DNA of 64,000 nt from Camelus dromedarius (Eukaryota): NCBI RefSeq assembly GCF_036321535.1, contig NC_087437.1, forward strand, positions 82,214,001 through 82,278,000, given 5' to 3'. The notes below the pieces were generated by a model. It was given only the letters and a program-made list of their open reading frames with translations. It was not told the DNA's origin and ran no database searches. How positions within the stretch are numbered: the stretch's first letter is position 1; every line of letters begins with the position of its first letter. This document shows positions 26,248-38,900 of the stretch, in pieces. The position numbers were made by a program, and so were the translations under genes.

Positions 26248-26528
26248 TGAGATTTTCAGATACTAACTACTATATATAAAATAGATATACAAGTTTCCAC
26301 TGTATAGTGCAGGGAACTATATTCAATATCTTGTAGTAACCTATAATGAAAAAGAATATGAAAATAAATATATATATGTATAAGTATGTTTGAAACATGA
26401 TGCTGTATACCAGCAATTGACACATTGTAATTGACTATACTTCAATGAAAAAACTGAAAAAAATAATAAACTTTTACAATAATATTAAAAATATATAGTC
26501 TATGTTCAAATGTTAAAAAAAAAAAAAA
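26248..26528 (+). mobile_element. Younger L1 3'UTR fragment with extra 3' segment and poly(A)
   Basis: 'cagggaactatattcaatatcttgtagtaacctataatgaaaaagaatatg'; perfect 12-bp TSD aaaggcaaagtt at 26236-26247 and 26526-26537. Confidence 0.9.
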
Positions 26529-26999
26529 GGCAAAGTTCAGCCCCTTTTGTCAGAAAGTTCTGACAGCAGAAAGGACTCCAGTGGTTGCTGCATGCCCAAG
26601 TGGACTTTTCTCACAAACACAAAGCATTGGACAGATTTGGACAGATTGGGAATGTGCCTTTTTTTCTGCTAAAGACGTTTTTCCACTCCTGGCCTTCCAA
26701 AACCCAGAGTTCAAAGCTTCACGACTCCTTTTTTATGCGGGAGCAAATTGACCACAACACTATTAGAAAAAGCCGTGAGTCAGAGCATTTGGCTCTTTGT
26801 TTCTCTGCTGTGTTCTTTGGAAAGAAAAGATTGCAAGGAAAGAAATTAGGGAAAGAAAGACTGACTTCCTTTGTATCTTTTCCTTGAGGGGTGTTTGCTT
26901 AAAAAGTAATAACCCCAAACCAGGCTCTTATTGGGATTTATATTAAGCATTTCCAAGTTTTGGAAACAGGAACAAAGTCCACCAGACTCTTGTGAGGTA

Positions 27000-27125
27000 A
27001 GCTTTTGTTTTTCTCATTATACAAAGAGATAAATTGAGTCACTGAGCAGTGAGGTAATTTCCCTGATCTCAGTTGTACTAGATGAAAATAAAGCATGAAC
27101 TCAAGGTTTTGGATTCCAGGTAACC
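27000..27125 (-). mobile_element. MIR fragment
   Basis: 'ataaattgagtcactgagcagtgaggtaatttccc'. Confidence 0.5.
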
Positions 27126-29454
27126 ACTTTGATCATGCTGTTATTGGAAGCTGACAACCAAAAAGTTAATCCGTTATACTGCCGACTGGGGGGATGAGGT
27201 TTTCTAGCTTAACAGCAATTCTACTTCCTGTAATTTATATACATATGTGCAGATGTGTGTGCGTACATACTCATACATATTAGAATAACCTCACCTTTCC
27301 CAAATCTTTAGGGAATGAGACATTTGGATAATTAAACTTTTCCTAATAGCTGGTATTTTACACTCATCAGGACCAAAATATATTTGTTTTGATATGATCT
27401 ATTTAAAATATATAATTTCCTTAAGTCTTAAAAGATACTACTAAATATGTCAATATTTACATTCAGCTATGATTCAGCAATTCCCCCAAGAACATCCTAG
27501 GGCTCTACAATGATTTGTCTCCTCAACGAATGCCATGCACCTTAGAATTTCTTCTCATTTTATAGCTTCTTTTCCTCCTCCTGTATTGCTAGGCTTTTGT
27601 GATTCTATTTCTTCCTGGCATAAGCACTTTGACTTGTTGCAGCCCCTTTCCCTTTTCAAATTAGATACTTCAAGTTTGCTATGTTCTTAGGTCTCAGAGA
27701 ACCAAGTTTTGTTAGAATTATTTGCAAAGTAGAAGTAAACAGGCTTGAAGTGCAGGCTTCTTGTAATTGCTTATGAATACGAAGCTTAATGACCACTGTC
27801 TTTTAATCTCTGAGCATTTCTGACTTTTGGTCCTCAGTTGTGTTCTGTAGGGTTGAAGTTTTCAGCAATTGGGATGCTAGATAAATGAAAAGTTACCTTA
27901 AATGTAGTTTAGTTCTAAAACTCAACTTGGAATAATTTATTTTCTTTCCCAGTGATTCAGACAGTATTCATCCAACCAGCATTTATTGAAAGCAAAGTGC
28001 CTGACTCTGTTCCAGGGCCTTAGGATTTCAGTGTCTTGGGGTCATCCCTAGGACACTCACTATTCATTTCATCTTGTTGGCAACAAAATTAAGATTTCAT
28101 AACAATTTTTGTTGAAAGAATACCAGATAAAAGATAGTTTACCGTTTTATACATTTTTATATATGGGTGTTGAATGTCTGAACCATGTCTGTTAAGGTGC
28201 TGAATTGTTACTTTTTTGGCACCTACAGAGTCAGATGGGGCTTAAATCTTTGACAGTGGTTGAGAACCTTTTGCTGAGTGAGGATGGGAGTGTTGTGAGA
28301 GGGCATTGGCTCCAGGGAAGGTTCAGAATACCTTGACCAGCATGAAAAATGCACAGAAAGTGGCCTCCCTTTGAAGAGAAAGAAAAAAAATTCTGACATT
28401 CCCTGTGCATCTATGCTCCGAGTGGCTTTTTATTAGTTTCTGTGCCTTTCAGCTGCTAATCATAAGTGCAGGTGTCTAGTATAGATCTCAGCACATAGTA
28501 GGTTCCCAGAGCTACATGTTGAATAAATGAATAAGTGAAGATGAGATTGAAACACTAAACAAACAAAACTCAGATAACTAAACTTGAGGGATAAAGTCTT
28601 TTAAAAGCTTTATAGCCCTTCTTCCTTTGTCTTTATGAACTAAAATGCCTTCCACTATTGCTTGCAATTTTCCGTATTCTAACATCGGGCTTCTTAGAGC
28701 TATTTTTTTTGAGGGAGCCTGGACTGAACGTTTTCTTGATAATTGAGGCATAGGGATAAAAAGATTAGGGCTTTTAGAATAGGAAAATGGAATTCATGTA
28801 GGATAGGATTCTGATGTGCTGACATTGAATGTTGTAGGGAATACGCACGTGACTTACAAAAGTCTATTGCTGCATCAAAATGTAGGGACCAGGATGCATT
28901 TGGGATGCCAGCAGCCTCAATGGGAGTGTGCAGGGAATAGCAGCATAAAGCTCCAGAAGTCCCTGGGATGAGCTAAGACCTTAGATGAGGTATCCAGGAC
29001 ACCCATCTTTTTTCCAATGATGCCACAGCTGCCCATATGTGATGGGCATTGCCATGGTGAAGGGAGGGAAGTGGCCTTGAATGGAAAGGGGTTGTGCAAT
29101 TACAGAAATTTCCTCCCTTGGGGAACTGGTGGGAAGATGGATGTAGTGCCATTTAGTGCAAGCAAACAAACAAACAATAACAACAAAAAACACAAAAAAC
29201 CTCCTACCCTCCCAAACCAAAAAACCCTCAAAAACCCAGAAATATTAAAGAGCCCCAAAATCACGCACACTGCCTAACAGCTCGTAGCAGCACACTGCAG
29301 TTGGAGACTCCATAGTTCATCAAATGAACTGCAAGGCAAAGAGATCCTCAGCACCCTTATTTGCAGTATGCAGAAAGCAACACTTGAAGCTTCTACTCAC
29401 CCAAACGCCCACTATGCTGGCATTTCAGCAAGCATTCAATAATTGGTAGTCATT

Positions 29455-29685
29455 ATTATCAAATAACTTTTACTGAGTAACTTCTGAGTGCCAGACACGT
29501 TCTCATATGTTACATTATTTAACATCATAGCAATCCTGAGAGGTAGACTTATTTTAGAGCAGAGAAAAGGAAGACTCAGGAAGACTCACTATGTTGCCCA
29601 GAGTGGTTGTGCTGCTGGGCAGCAGAAGCAGTACTTGATCCCATGACTTCTTATGCTAAATTCAGTGCTTTTATTTATGCCAGTG
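29455..29685 (-). mobile_element. MIR SINE
   Basis: 'tttactgagtaacttctgagtgccagacac...catagcaatcctgagaggtag...attttagagcagagaaa'. Confidence 0.7.
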
Positions 29686-29832
29686 GCTTCTCATCGGTGA
29701 TTTAAGATGTTTTGTTTTTTCCCCATAAATGACATACATTTTGGCATTAATTAAAAGGGAGATTTAAAAATACCATTTAAAAATTACAGGCACGTTTAAA
29801 ATGAATTGTGTGTTATTTGAAATTATAAACTG

Positions 29833-29977
29833 GTGAGAAGGGTGTATTTCAGTGGTAGAGCATGTGCTTAGGATGCACGAGGTCCTAGGCTCAGTCCCCA
29901 GTACCTTCATTAGAAATAGATAAATAAATAACCTAATTACCTCCCCCCAAAATTAAAAGAGAAGAAAAAAGAAAAAA
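29833..29977 (+). mobile_element. Camelid vic-1-like SINE
   Basis: 'tcagtggtagagcatgtgcttaggatgcacgaggtcctaggctcagtccccagtacc...aacctaattacctcccccc' plus A-tail; TSD aaattataaactg / aaatcataaattg. Confidence 0.88.
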
Positions 29978-30124
29978 ATCATAAATTGTATGGCAAACCT
30001 ACAAAACTATCCCTGCTGATTATTAGTGGCATTTCTGATGTTGCTGGTCCTTCTACTACTGCGAACCTGTTTGTCCACAGATTATTAATAGGGTGTGGTG
30101 ACTAATTCTTTGGGGCTAAACTGT

Positions 30125-30352
30125 CAGTGATGTAGCAGTAAAAGATGAGAGCTCAGGAATCTACTGGTTTCATAGTCTGGATACTTTACTTACAGCTATG
30201 TGACTTTGAAGAAGTTACTTAATCTCTTACCCAGTTTTCTATCTCATGGGAAAGTGTCAGGATAAAATGTAATAATATATAAGAATAAAAAAGCTTTCAG
30301 CATTCTGCTTGGCACAGAGTAAACCTTCAATACACGTTAACTGCTATCATTG
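30125..30352 (+). mobile_element. MIR SINE
   Basis: 'agctatgtgactttgaagaagttacttaatctct...cttggcacagagtaaacc'. Confidence 0.75.
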
Positions 30353-32194
30353 TTGGGAGTTTGGTTTCTATCTTCTTGAAAAGCACAATCTCAATCTGGG
30401 GTTACTTATAACCCATTACAGATCATTCTGCTTTCCTTTGCTATAGTTTCTCATTTACACTGCCAGGACCATCCCTGGGTAGGATACTGTTAAGTCTTAG
30501 CTTAAAGAAGAGGACTTCAGGAATGGGATGATCCAGGTTCATATTCCACTTCCAACATTTACTATCTAAATGATGTTATAAAATGTACTTAAATCTTTCT
30601 AAGTGTAAAATGTAGACAAAATATCTAATTCAAATGAAGGAATGTATATAAAATACATATTATAAACTATTAGTTTTTCTACAAAGTCATTATCATCATC
30701 CTCATCATCACTATCTTCATGTTTAAAAGTCCCTAAATTAAGATACTAACACTCTCCTGCTAATAGGGTTGTAATGAATACTATTTTAGAAAATAAGATA
30801 CCAAACCTCTCCAGTGTTCTTGCTCTGTTGCAAAGGAGTCATGGATTCTTTCTTTAGTTACTGGTTCATGTCTTCAGATGAGAATTCTATTTATAAGTAT
30901 TCAAATGTGACTTAAACACATGGTGATTCTTTTATTGCTAAATATAACAAAATTTACAAATGAAATGTTACTGCCGTCTTTACCATACTATAAAGTTTGC
31001 TTATCCTACAATTTGGATATGTTTCACAAGGCAGAGGAAAATACACACCCATAATTATTTCTTGATGTCTGGCTGACGAGAACAGGGTAAATTCTTTTAT
31101 TTTATTATTTAAAAAAAAGTTTTCATTGAAGGTTTTTCCAGTCCCTCCAAAGAAACCTAGCTGTGAATGGAAAAGATACAGCTGATTGCCCTGGCTCCGT
31201 GAGCATCTCTTCTGCCCTTGTCCCGCTCTCACTGAGTCAGAAGGAAGGCATGCGATGTGGCCGAGCTCCGAAATCATTAAACATCTCCTGTAAACTGTTG
31301 CTGTTAGAGACTCACTCTGGTTTATTTTCTGAAGGCTTATTAATAAGTCAGAATCTAATCTGCAGCCAGACTGTTTGATCACTTTGCTCTTGGCTTTACC
31401 GGACACAGAATTTTATTGCATGGTTGGCCTATTGGCATAATGATCCCTGAAGGGCTGTTGCTAAAACAGCAAGAGCCAGGGGCATATCATTGTCAAATTC
31501 CAAAGACCTGCGACCTCCCCTGACCTGCTGGTAGAGGTTCAGCCTTCTTCAAAAAGCCTCAGGTTGTTCACTGGAAATAAAGTGAAAAATGTTCTGGGAA
31601 AATCTATGATAGAGAACTACCTGCCTTCAGAAAGTGATGGGGCTTCAAGGGGAGAGAAAAGCAAAAATCTGGTGGCTGAACTTGTTTCAGATCCCTGGGA
31701 ACAGTCTTTCTGTGTAGAGAAGGTCATATTGAAAATTGAAGCAATTCTATGTCTCAGCAGGTCTGAAACTGTTTAAAAAGCATTTAAAACATGTTCCCCC
31801 CCAAAAGGAAAAGAGACAGAATAGTAATGAATAATGGAACTTTCAGAGACTCAATTCAAATCACTCTTCATCTCATTTTGTCTGTAAAGTGATAAAGGAT
31901 CCAGGTTAATGATATAGTGCCGTTCTGAGTGAGTTTAAGCCATTAAAAAAAAAGCAAATACCATCTGTATCATTTTATTAAAATTGTATATGCAGGGGAT
32001 AGGACTTCTTTAAGATAATATAACTATTAAAGGCAGACCCAGTAGTCAAGCAATGCATTGAACATAACATTTAATGAATACTACTGTGGTCATGGCATTT
32101 GCTGATGATACAAAAAGCATCTTATTCAGATTTTTTCCCAGTAGTTTTTATGCTCACCAAGGATACAAGACATAGCGTGTGAAAACTTAACTAT

Positions 32195-32408
32195 TCTGTG
32201 TTGTCCAATACAGTAACCACTAGCAACATGTGGTTATTTAATTTTAGCTTTAAAGAAGTTATAGTAACATAAAATAAAAAAGCCAGTACCTCAGTTGCAC
32301 TAGCCACACGTCAGGTGCTCAGTTGCCATATAAGGCTGGTGGCTCCCACATTGGACAGTTCAGCTATAATACATTTCCATTATTGCAGAAAATTCTAGTA
32401 GACAGCCC
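32195..32408. mobile_element. MER3/MER33-type hAT-Charlie MITE
   Basis: 'ctgtgttgtccaatacagtaaccactagcaacatgtgg...cagttgcactagccacac...catttccattattgcagaaa'. Confidence 0.85.
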
Positions 32409-33039
32409 CGATTTCTTCAATACAGGGTATAGGCAACACAGAAGTGACTTTTATAATAACTGCTTGTCAGTTGAGAAGAGGGAAGGATGAATGCAGGCTG
32501 CAATGTTTAGGAAGACCTTAGTGGGACCTTGAATTTATGGTTATTTTGGCAAGTGTAAAGGACAGCAGGGGATATTCAGTAGAGAAAAGAAAAAAGAATG
32601 TTGGGGGGAGGAATAGTCCATCTGGCATAGGTCAAATTCATGGTATAGACTAGGGAGGGATGGAGATGGAAATCGGGTTGGGGTGACAGAGACTGAGGGA
32701 TCTACCAGCAAGCTGAGGTGTTCTGTTTCCTAATGCCACTGAATATTTTTGAGCAGGGTACTGACAGTCCTGGGACAGTGGCATTACCCAGCAAATAATT
32801 TTTCCTTATGTCATTTGGTATATAGAAGGCCAGTATTTAATTCTAGCATCCCAACAGGGATTCATCTTGTATCCCACAGTTAGCTCCAGAGTTGAGCCTA
32901 GTGACATGGTACGTGTGTGCTCACACATGTGAATGTGTCTTCTTGGGACAATCTATGGGGATAGAGAAAAGCATATTTAGAGCCTTCTCATTCGTATCAC
33001 TGCATTTTGTTCCCACATTCTTTTTTCTTTCCCCCTTTT

Positions 33040-33390
33040 CACAATTATTAAGCTTCTATTGTGTGCTAAGCATTGAAGGGGCAGAGAGAAACAAGACGTG
33101 AATCCTGCAAGGAGCCCACAGTCTTATACAGAAAACAAGCCAATGCCATTACAGAGTGGACATGGCCATGGTAGGGTTGTGCACAGAGAACTAGGGAGCC
33201 TGGGGAAGTGCACATGCAGCCTGAGGCAATCTGGGTGTAGGCGGGTCCTCTCAGAGCAGCAGGTACTGATCTAAATCTTGGAGGAGAACAATTTAATTCA
33301 GCAGATCAGATGGGGAATACCCCATGCAGAGAGGGACGATCAGTACAAATACAAAGACAAAAAAATATAGTAGCAGTGACCATGTGGAAA
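33040..33390 (-). mobile_element. L2 fragment
   Basis: 'ttattaagcttctattgtgtgctaagcattg...gcaaggagcccacagtct'. Confidence 0.6.
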
Positions 33391-33465
33391 GAGCTAGACC
33401 TTGTTTCCTCTTTCATCTTTGTCACAGCACAAAAGAAGGGCTGGAAGTATACTTATTTCTATGTG

Positions 33466-34020
33466 CTAACTTCCCCTGCTGATTTAGTTTGTTTGTTTGT
33501 TTGTTTGTTTTTGTGGGGGGAGTAATTAGGTTCATTCATTTATTTATTTATTTTAATGGAGGTTCTGGGGATTGAACCCAGGACCTAACTCTACCACTGA
33601 GCTATACCCACCCCCACCCCTGCTATCTGAACATGGCACGTTCCTATGAAACCTTTCATAAGACAAAATGGCATAAAGGAAAGAAGCAAATACTTTAGGA
33701 CACACCTTGCTAGTGGATGCAAAAAATAGAGATAAAGCACAGATGCTCACAGACACAGTTCAAAGCTATGGCGGCTTGGTGCTGAGTGTAGTTCCCAGGG
33801 AAGGAGCTTGGCGGTGCCATTCTCGCTGCTGGGGATGTGCGCTGCCTCTAAAACCGCTTGCTTGCAAAAAGGAGGCTGATGCTATTTTTGCTATTTGCCT
33901 TTTTCCCCCGCATAAAATCCTCTTTGGATTTCCTTAGATTAGCAAAAACAGGTACTAGTATAGGTCTTTTGTAGAAGTGAAGCCTCTTAAAGTGAACTTT
34001 TGAAAAATGGGGGATACCTT
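33466..34020. mobile_element. Tigger-type (TcMar) non-autonomous DNA transposon, cetartiodactyl-type
   Basis: Right end 'aaagtgaacttttgaaaaatgggggatacct' followed by TA; internal 'cacagatgctcacagacacagttcaaagctatggcggc'; left TIR interrupted by a SINE. Confidence 0.8.
33485..33616 (-). mobile_element. Camelid vic-1-like SINE lacking the anticodon arm
   Basis: 'ggggattgaacccaggacct-aactctaccactgagctatacc'; (TTTG)n tail; TSD core cccctgct at 33473 and 33617. Confidence 0.88.
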
Positions 34021-34599
34021 TATGCTCTCACACAGGTTAAGCAGCAGGGTAGACAGTAGACTTTTGTCTAGGCGACTCACATGGCTTGGGGCATCAGTTA
34101 AGTTGTCTTCATCCCCACTGCTTGGGTATGAAATACTGTAAAGGTAACGCTGAAAAGAATGATCTGTGGAGCCAGAGTAAACTTTGTAACGTGCCTCTGT
34201 TCTAGTCTGTTTCTCATATAATCATGGGAATTTCTGCTGCCTTAGGAATGACATGCTAGCTTGTCACTCTTTTTCCCAGACTCATGCCAAGCAACTCGGG
34301 ATCACTTGGGGAGAATTTATGGAGAAACCTTAGCCCTTATGAATTACCCTAGGGAGGAGTGATAGCTTTTTTTTGTTTGTTTATTTTTCTAGTTACACAG
34401 CCCTTACTTTTTTGGCCCCAAAATGACAGCATGCTTTTAGGAAAAAATACAGAAAAGAAAAAGAAATTAAAATCACAGTATTAAACAAAAAACAGAGCCA
34501 GTCGGCAGTGTCTAGGAACAGAGCCACTGGAATTCTCTCACCTTCTTTATGAGTCAGAGGCATTGTCATTGGGAGTTGATGTTTTTTCTCCCTTTTATG

Positions 34600-34782
34600 G
34601 CACCTCCTAGCTGTGTGACCCTGGGTAATCTGCTTGCCCAAATAGAGGCTCCATTTTTTTCTCATCTTTAAGTTGGGAGTGATAATACCACCTTTTGCAG
34701 GGTTGATATAAAGAATAGAGATAATGAGACCAGCACAGTGTCTGGTCCTGTTAGACATTTACTAGATACTGTCTATTATTAT
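34600..34782 (+). mobile_element. MIR SINE
   Basis: 'ctagctgtgtgaccctgggtaa...ctcatctttaagttgggagtgataatacc...cagcacagtgtctgg'. Confidence 0.75.
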
Positions 34783-35297
34783 AACTAGTTATGATGAGTT
34801 TGAGTTTCTCCCTTGGATGACTGTGATCTACTTATTTTCTCAAAGGAGAGGGTGCTACACCACGCTGCTTTTGGAATTCTGGCCTCACAGCATTGTCTTT
34901 GTAAAGGGGAAAAGAAATCCTGGAGTAGGGCCCTAAAAAAAATAGTCAGTTTGATGGGGGCAGGAGGTCTGAGTGTGATTGATAAACCAAATAGTCCCTA
35001 TGTACATAGTCCCCTAGAATATCAGTGTGTTCCTATTCCAGGAATTAGCTCCCTATTGATAGTGAAAAAATAAATGCTCAAGGAAGATGTTTGGGTAATG
35101 ATCTTGGTTAATGAATGGTGGTTATGGTGAAACAGAGAATCATCAGCTCAGGTACTGTTGAGCTAATTCACGACATTATCTAGGCTCTTTGTTTACTGGA
35201 CTTATTGCACATCGTTGGCCATTTATCTATTTGTAACACAATATCCAGACACTGGGAAAGAAGAGGAAAGGAAAAGATCATTTCAACCTGTCCAATA

Positions 35298-35460
35298 TTT
35301 CTTTCTTCCTTTTCTTTCTTTCTCTTTCTTCCTTCCCCCTTTCCTCCTTTTTTCTTTCTCTCTCTCCTTTCTTTCTTTTCCTCCCTTCCCTCCTTTTCTT
35401 TCTTTCTTCCCTTCCTTTTCTTTCTTTCTTTCTATCACTTCTCACTCTCTTTTAATTACT
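35298..35460. repeat. CT-rich low-complexity tract ((TTTC)n/(CCTT)n-like)
   Basis: About 160 bp of almost exclusively C and T. Confidence 0.9.
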
Positions 35461-35711
35461 CCCCCATCTAACTTTGTTTATAAAAAAACTTAAATTATTC
35501 TGGTATTTCTGCTGCTATTATTATAAAGAACTGAGCCATAGAACCAAGACATGTTCATCTGCTTCTTTTGTTCCCTTTTCTAACTGGTTTTGGAAATCAC
35601 ATTGGGATTGTTTCTTATTTTATGGTTTGACATAGCACATAATCTATATTGACACTCCATGTGTATTATATATTAACTAGCATCACTGAATATACCTTGT
35701 CCCAGATCCTA

Positions 35712-35990
35712 AACTGTTCCCAAGTTGTTTCATAGAATACCAGTCCCAAGAGATGCTCTCAGGTTGGGAAGATTTGTCATCAAATAAGTTGAAGGCACAC
35801 TATTTACTGTAACTTTTTTGAAGTATGAAGGAATACATAGCATATTAAGGTCTTTATGAAGTCTTGCAGTGAATAAAACTGATCATATTATTTCACTGAC
35901 TATCTCTATTTGACCACAGAACCTTTTTCTGCATAAACACATTAATATCCCAGGTATTACTGTTTTTGAAACACACTTTTGAAAAAGCTA
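35712..35990. mobile_element. Probable hAT-Charlie MITE (MER112/113-like)
   Basis: 'tagcatattaaggtctttatgaagtcttgcagt', 'tatttgaccacagaacctttt', 'gaaacacacttttgaaaa'. Confidence 0.55.
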
Positions 35991-38900
35991 AGGAAGCGGC
36001 ATGCAGAGATTTTATACAATATAACAGTTATTTAAAATATCACTTTTCTCCATTTAAAATAGAACTTTTAAATCACAAGACCTTTTTTCTGTGTGAGGAA
36101 TTTTCTTTTGACCGATGTCAAAATACGAATAGGTGAACATAAAGGCCTCTTGAGACTCTTCCAGTTGTAATTTAATTATTGTTTCTTTTCCCTTTTCTAC
36201 CTACCCTTGACCTCGCCTGGCCCCTTGAGACATGTAGAATTGTCCTCTGTACGCTAAGACACAAAAAACGCTCTTGATACTTCCTGAACAGTTATGTGCT
36301 TATTTGGAATTGTATTCCGACTTAGTTCTGTACGAAGACTAGGAGCCAGCTCCAGGTGTTGTGAATACAGTCCCTTCACTATGCATGCTTAAGTAGCGCC
36401 ATTCTGTAAAATACTTGGCAAGACCTCAGGTGTCTCTAAATGGTAAAGAGCATGGTTATTTGAGAATTGCTTTTCTATTTAAGTTAAGTAAATTAAGGCA
36501 CACAGATGATCAATGACTTGCCCGAGGCCCCAGAAAGAGTCTAGATGTTTCAGGGATTAAAACGTTGAAGATTTTCTGGAACAGGGGATTCTCAGCACAG
36601 GTATACATACAAACTTCATAGCTTCGTCTCTCCTGAGATCAGTAATAGTCTTAGAGAAAGGATTGCTCAGTATTCCTGTCAATGTCCTATTTTTTACAAA
36701 GCAAGCAGCCCTTCTCTGGTGTGCCAGGGATTTATTTTTTTATGGTCCTAATTGATCTCTATACCCCAAAGGGTTCTGAATTATGCAATTGTCTCAAGTC
36801 TTAACAAGCCATCCCCACTCTTCCGTGCAATGGAAATGTTCAATGGAAAGAAGTTCACTTTGGTCTAGGCAAGGCTCTGGCTCCTCCCAGGAGAGATCAG
36901 TACCCAGGAGTGCAGGTTCTGGGCCATCCTGATTGGAGAAGACTGGCCCATGTCTGCCTCCTTCTCTCTTCCAGCCCCCACCCCCCACCCCACCTCCTGT
37001 TGACGAGAGAGTGTAGTCCTGGCAGGGCACCAAGACTTCCCTTTGGAACCCATGAGATCTTCTCAGCCCTCTGCTCGCGCTGCACTCATATCTCTCTGAC
37101 CCCCAGCTGCCTTGGTTTATTGACTACTGAATTGATCATTTAGTTTTGGCTGGTGGTAGCCTTGGAAAACAACGTTTTCTAAGATTGCCTTGTTTTTCCT
37201 TCAGATAAACTTCTACAAGCCTTGACATTTCTGGCATTGGTGAAATGCAGGTGATTTATTCTACAGGCTTAAATTGGGAATTTTTTTTAAAAGAAAACCA
37301 ACAATGTGATACACTCCTGTGGTACATTTTAGCCACCAGTTGCAAAGGACAACTTGTTCTGTCTTTTATCAGAAAAATTCAAATCTAAAGGCACCCTCTG
37401 GGAACAAGTCAGTTTTCTATTTTGAGACATTCAAACCCCTGGCTCCCTCTACTGGTCAACAACCTCTCTCCCCACTCATTTGAACAGCAGGGGACTGGAC
37501 TAAATTGGGAGCTGGAAGAGGAACTAGATGTGAGGATGGACTAGGGATTGTGGATCCATTAGCGTATTTTTTGCTGCGGATCCCTTTTCTTCCCTCATTC
37601 TTCCAACCTCAACAGTATTGGCCACCTAAGCCACAAATTCTTAGCTCCACCTAGTGTCCCCCACCATGTACTCCTTGGCCTTATCTTGTGTCTGCCTTTT
37701 AACGATAGGCCACTTATTCAGATTTATAGCACTGATGAACACCATGAGCCCTGGACTTTAAGACAGGACAATCATTAAGTTCCGATCTTGAAAGAAATAT
37801 AATAATGTACATTCATCACTTTGAATTTATGAACCAAGTTTAGATTTATCCTTAGCGTGCACATGGCATGATTGTTGGAGGAACATGTAAATGGGAGGCT
37901 AGCTGACATAATGTCTCCCAGCTGCCTGGAGACAAAGCTCTTCAACCAGCTCTGAAGACTTGCCATCCTCTTGTTGGGCCGAGAACAGCTGCGGCTTAGC
38001 CACTCTGCTGCTGGGTAATGAAGTAAACCAGCCATAGTTGCCCTAATATGTGAAACCTTAACCACAGTCCAGAATTTCAGTAAAACAGCTGTTTTATCTA
38101 GCTAACAGAAAGGACTGGAGAAGCTCCCCGACAGGCTGATACATTTTATTTCCTGGAGAAGCCAACAGCTGACACCCACTTCCAGGCATATTCAGTTAGA
38201 GTTGGAAAAGTAGTACATGAAGTGACTAATTGTCTTTAATCTCAGCACATCAAATGATGCCAATACCTAAATATCCTGAAATGTAAACACATCAAGGGAG
38301 CTTAAGAAAGATAGTCTTCAAGAAAGACTTAACTTAAAAGTTGTGTTTTCAAAGTGATGCTTAGTCATAGACTGTAAATTTTAACATACAATAAATCCAT
38401 TTCAGAAACACAACTACTATTTCAAAGATATGCAAACAATTGTCAGGCATGCTTTAGAGGAAAGGAAAGATGCATCTGTGGTAACATCTGTCCACTTACC
38501 AAGGTAAAGTCTTTCCAGAAAAGATACATAAATATTCTTTTCTATGTTTATCATTTCCCACACAGGGTAACTTTATGTATTACCAAAAATTGTATTGTTA
38601 TCTTAGCAGAGAACATTTTGATGACATGACATTTGTGGAATTAGTACCCTGGGTCAGAGTCAAGTCTAAAATGAGGTCAAATGAGGCTGTTTTCTCAGTG
38701 GAAGTCCAGTAAAGGGTTAAGAAGAGCTTTAGTAGATGCATGCATACAAAGCTTTCACCCCTGTGAGCCAGTCTTCAAATGGTGTTATACTGAAAGAAGC
38801 CTGACCCAAATAGGATTTCATCGCCCAAACACTTGAGTGGGTCTTAGCTCAGACAATCACTCACATTAAAAATCTCTTCTCCAGCACCTCAAAACTCTCC

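Noticed and set aside
35205..35493. Phe/Leu/Ser-rich 'membrane protein' ORFs
   Set aside because: Translation of a CT-rich simple repeat.
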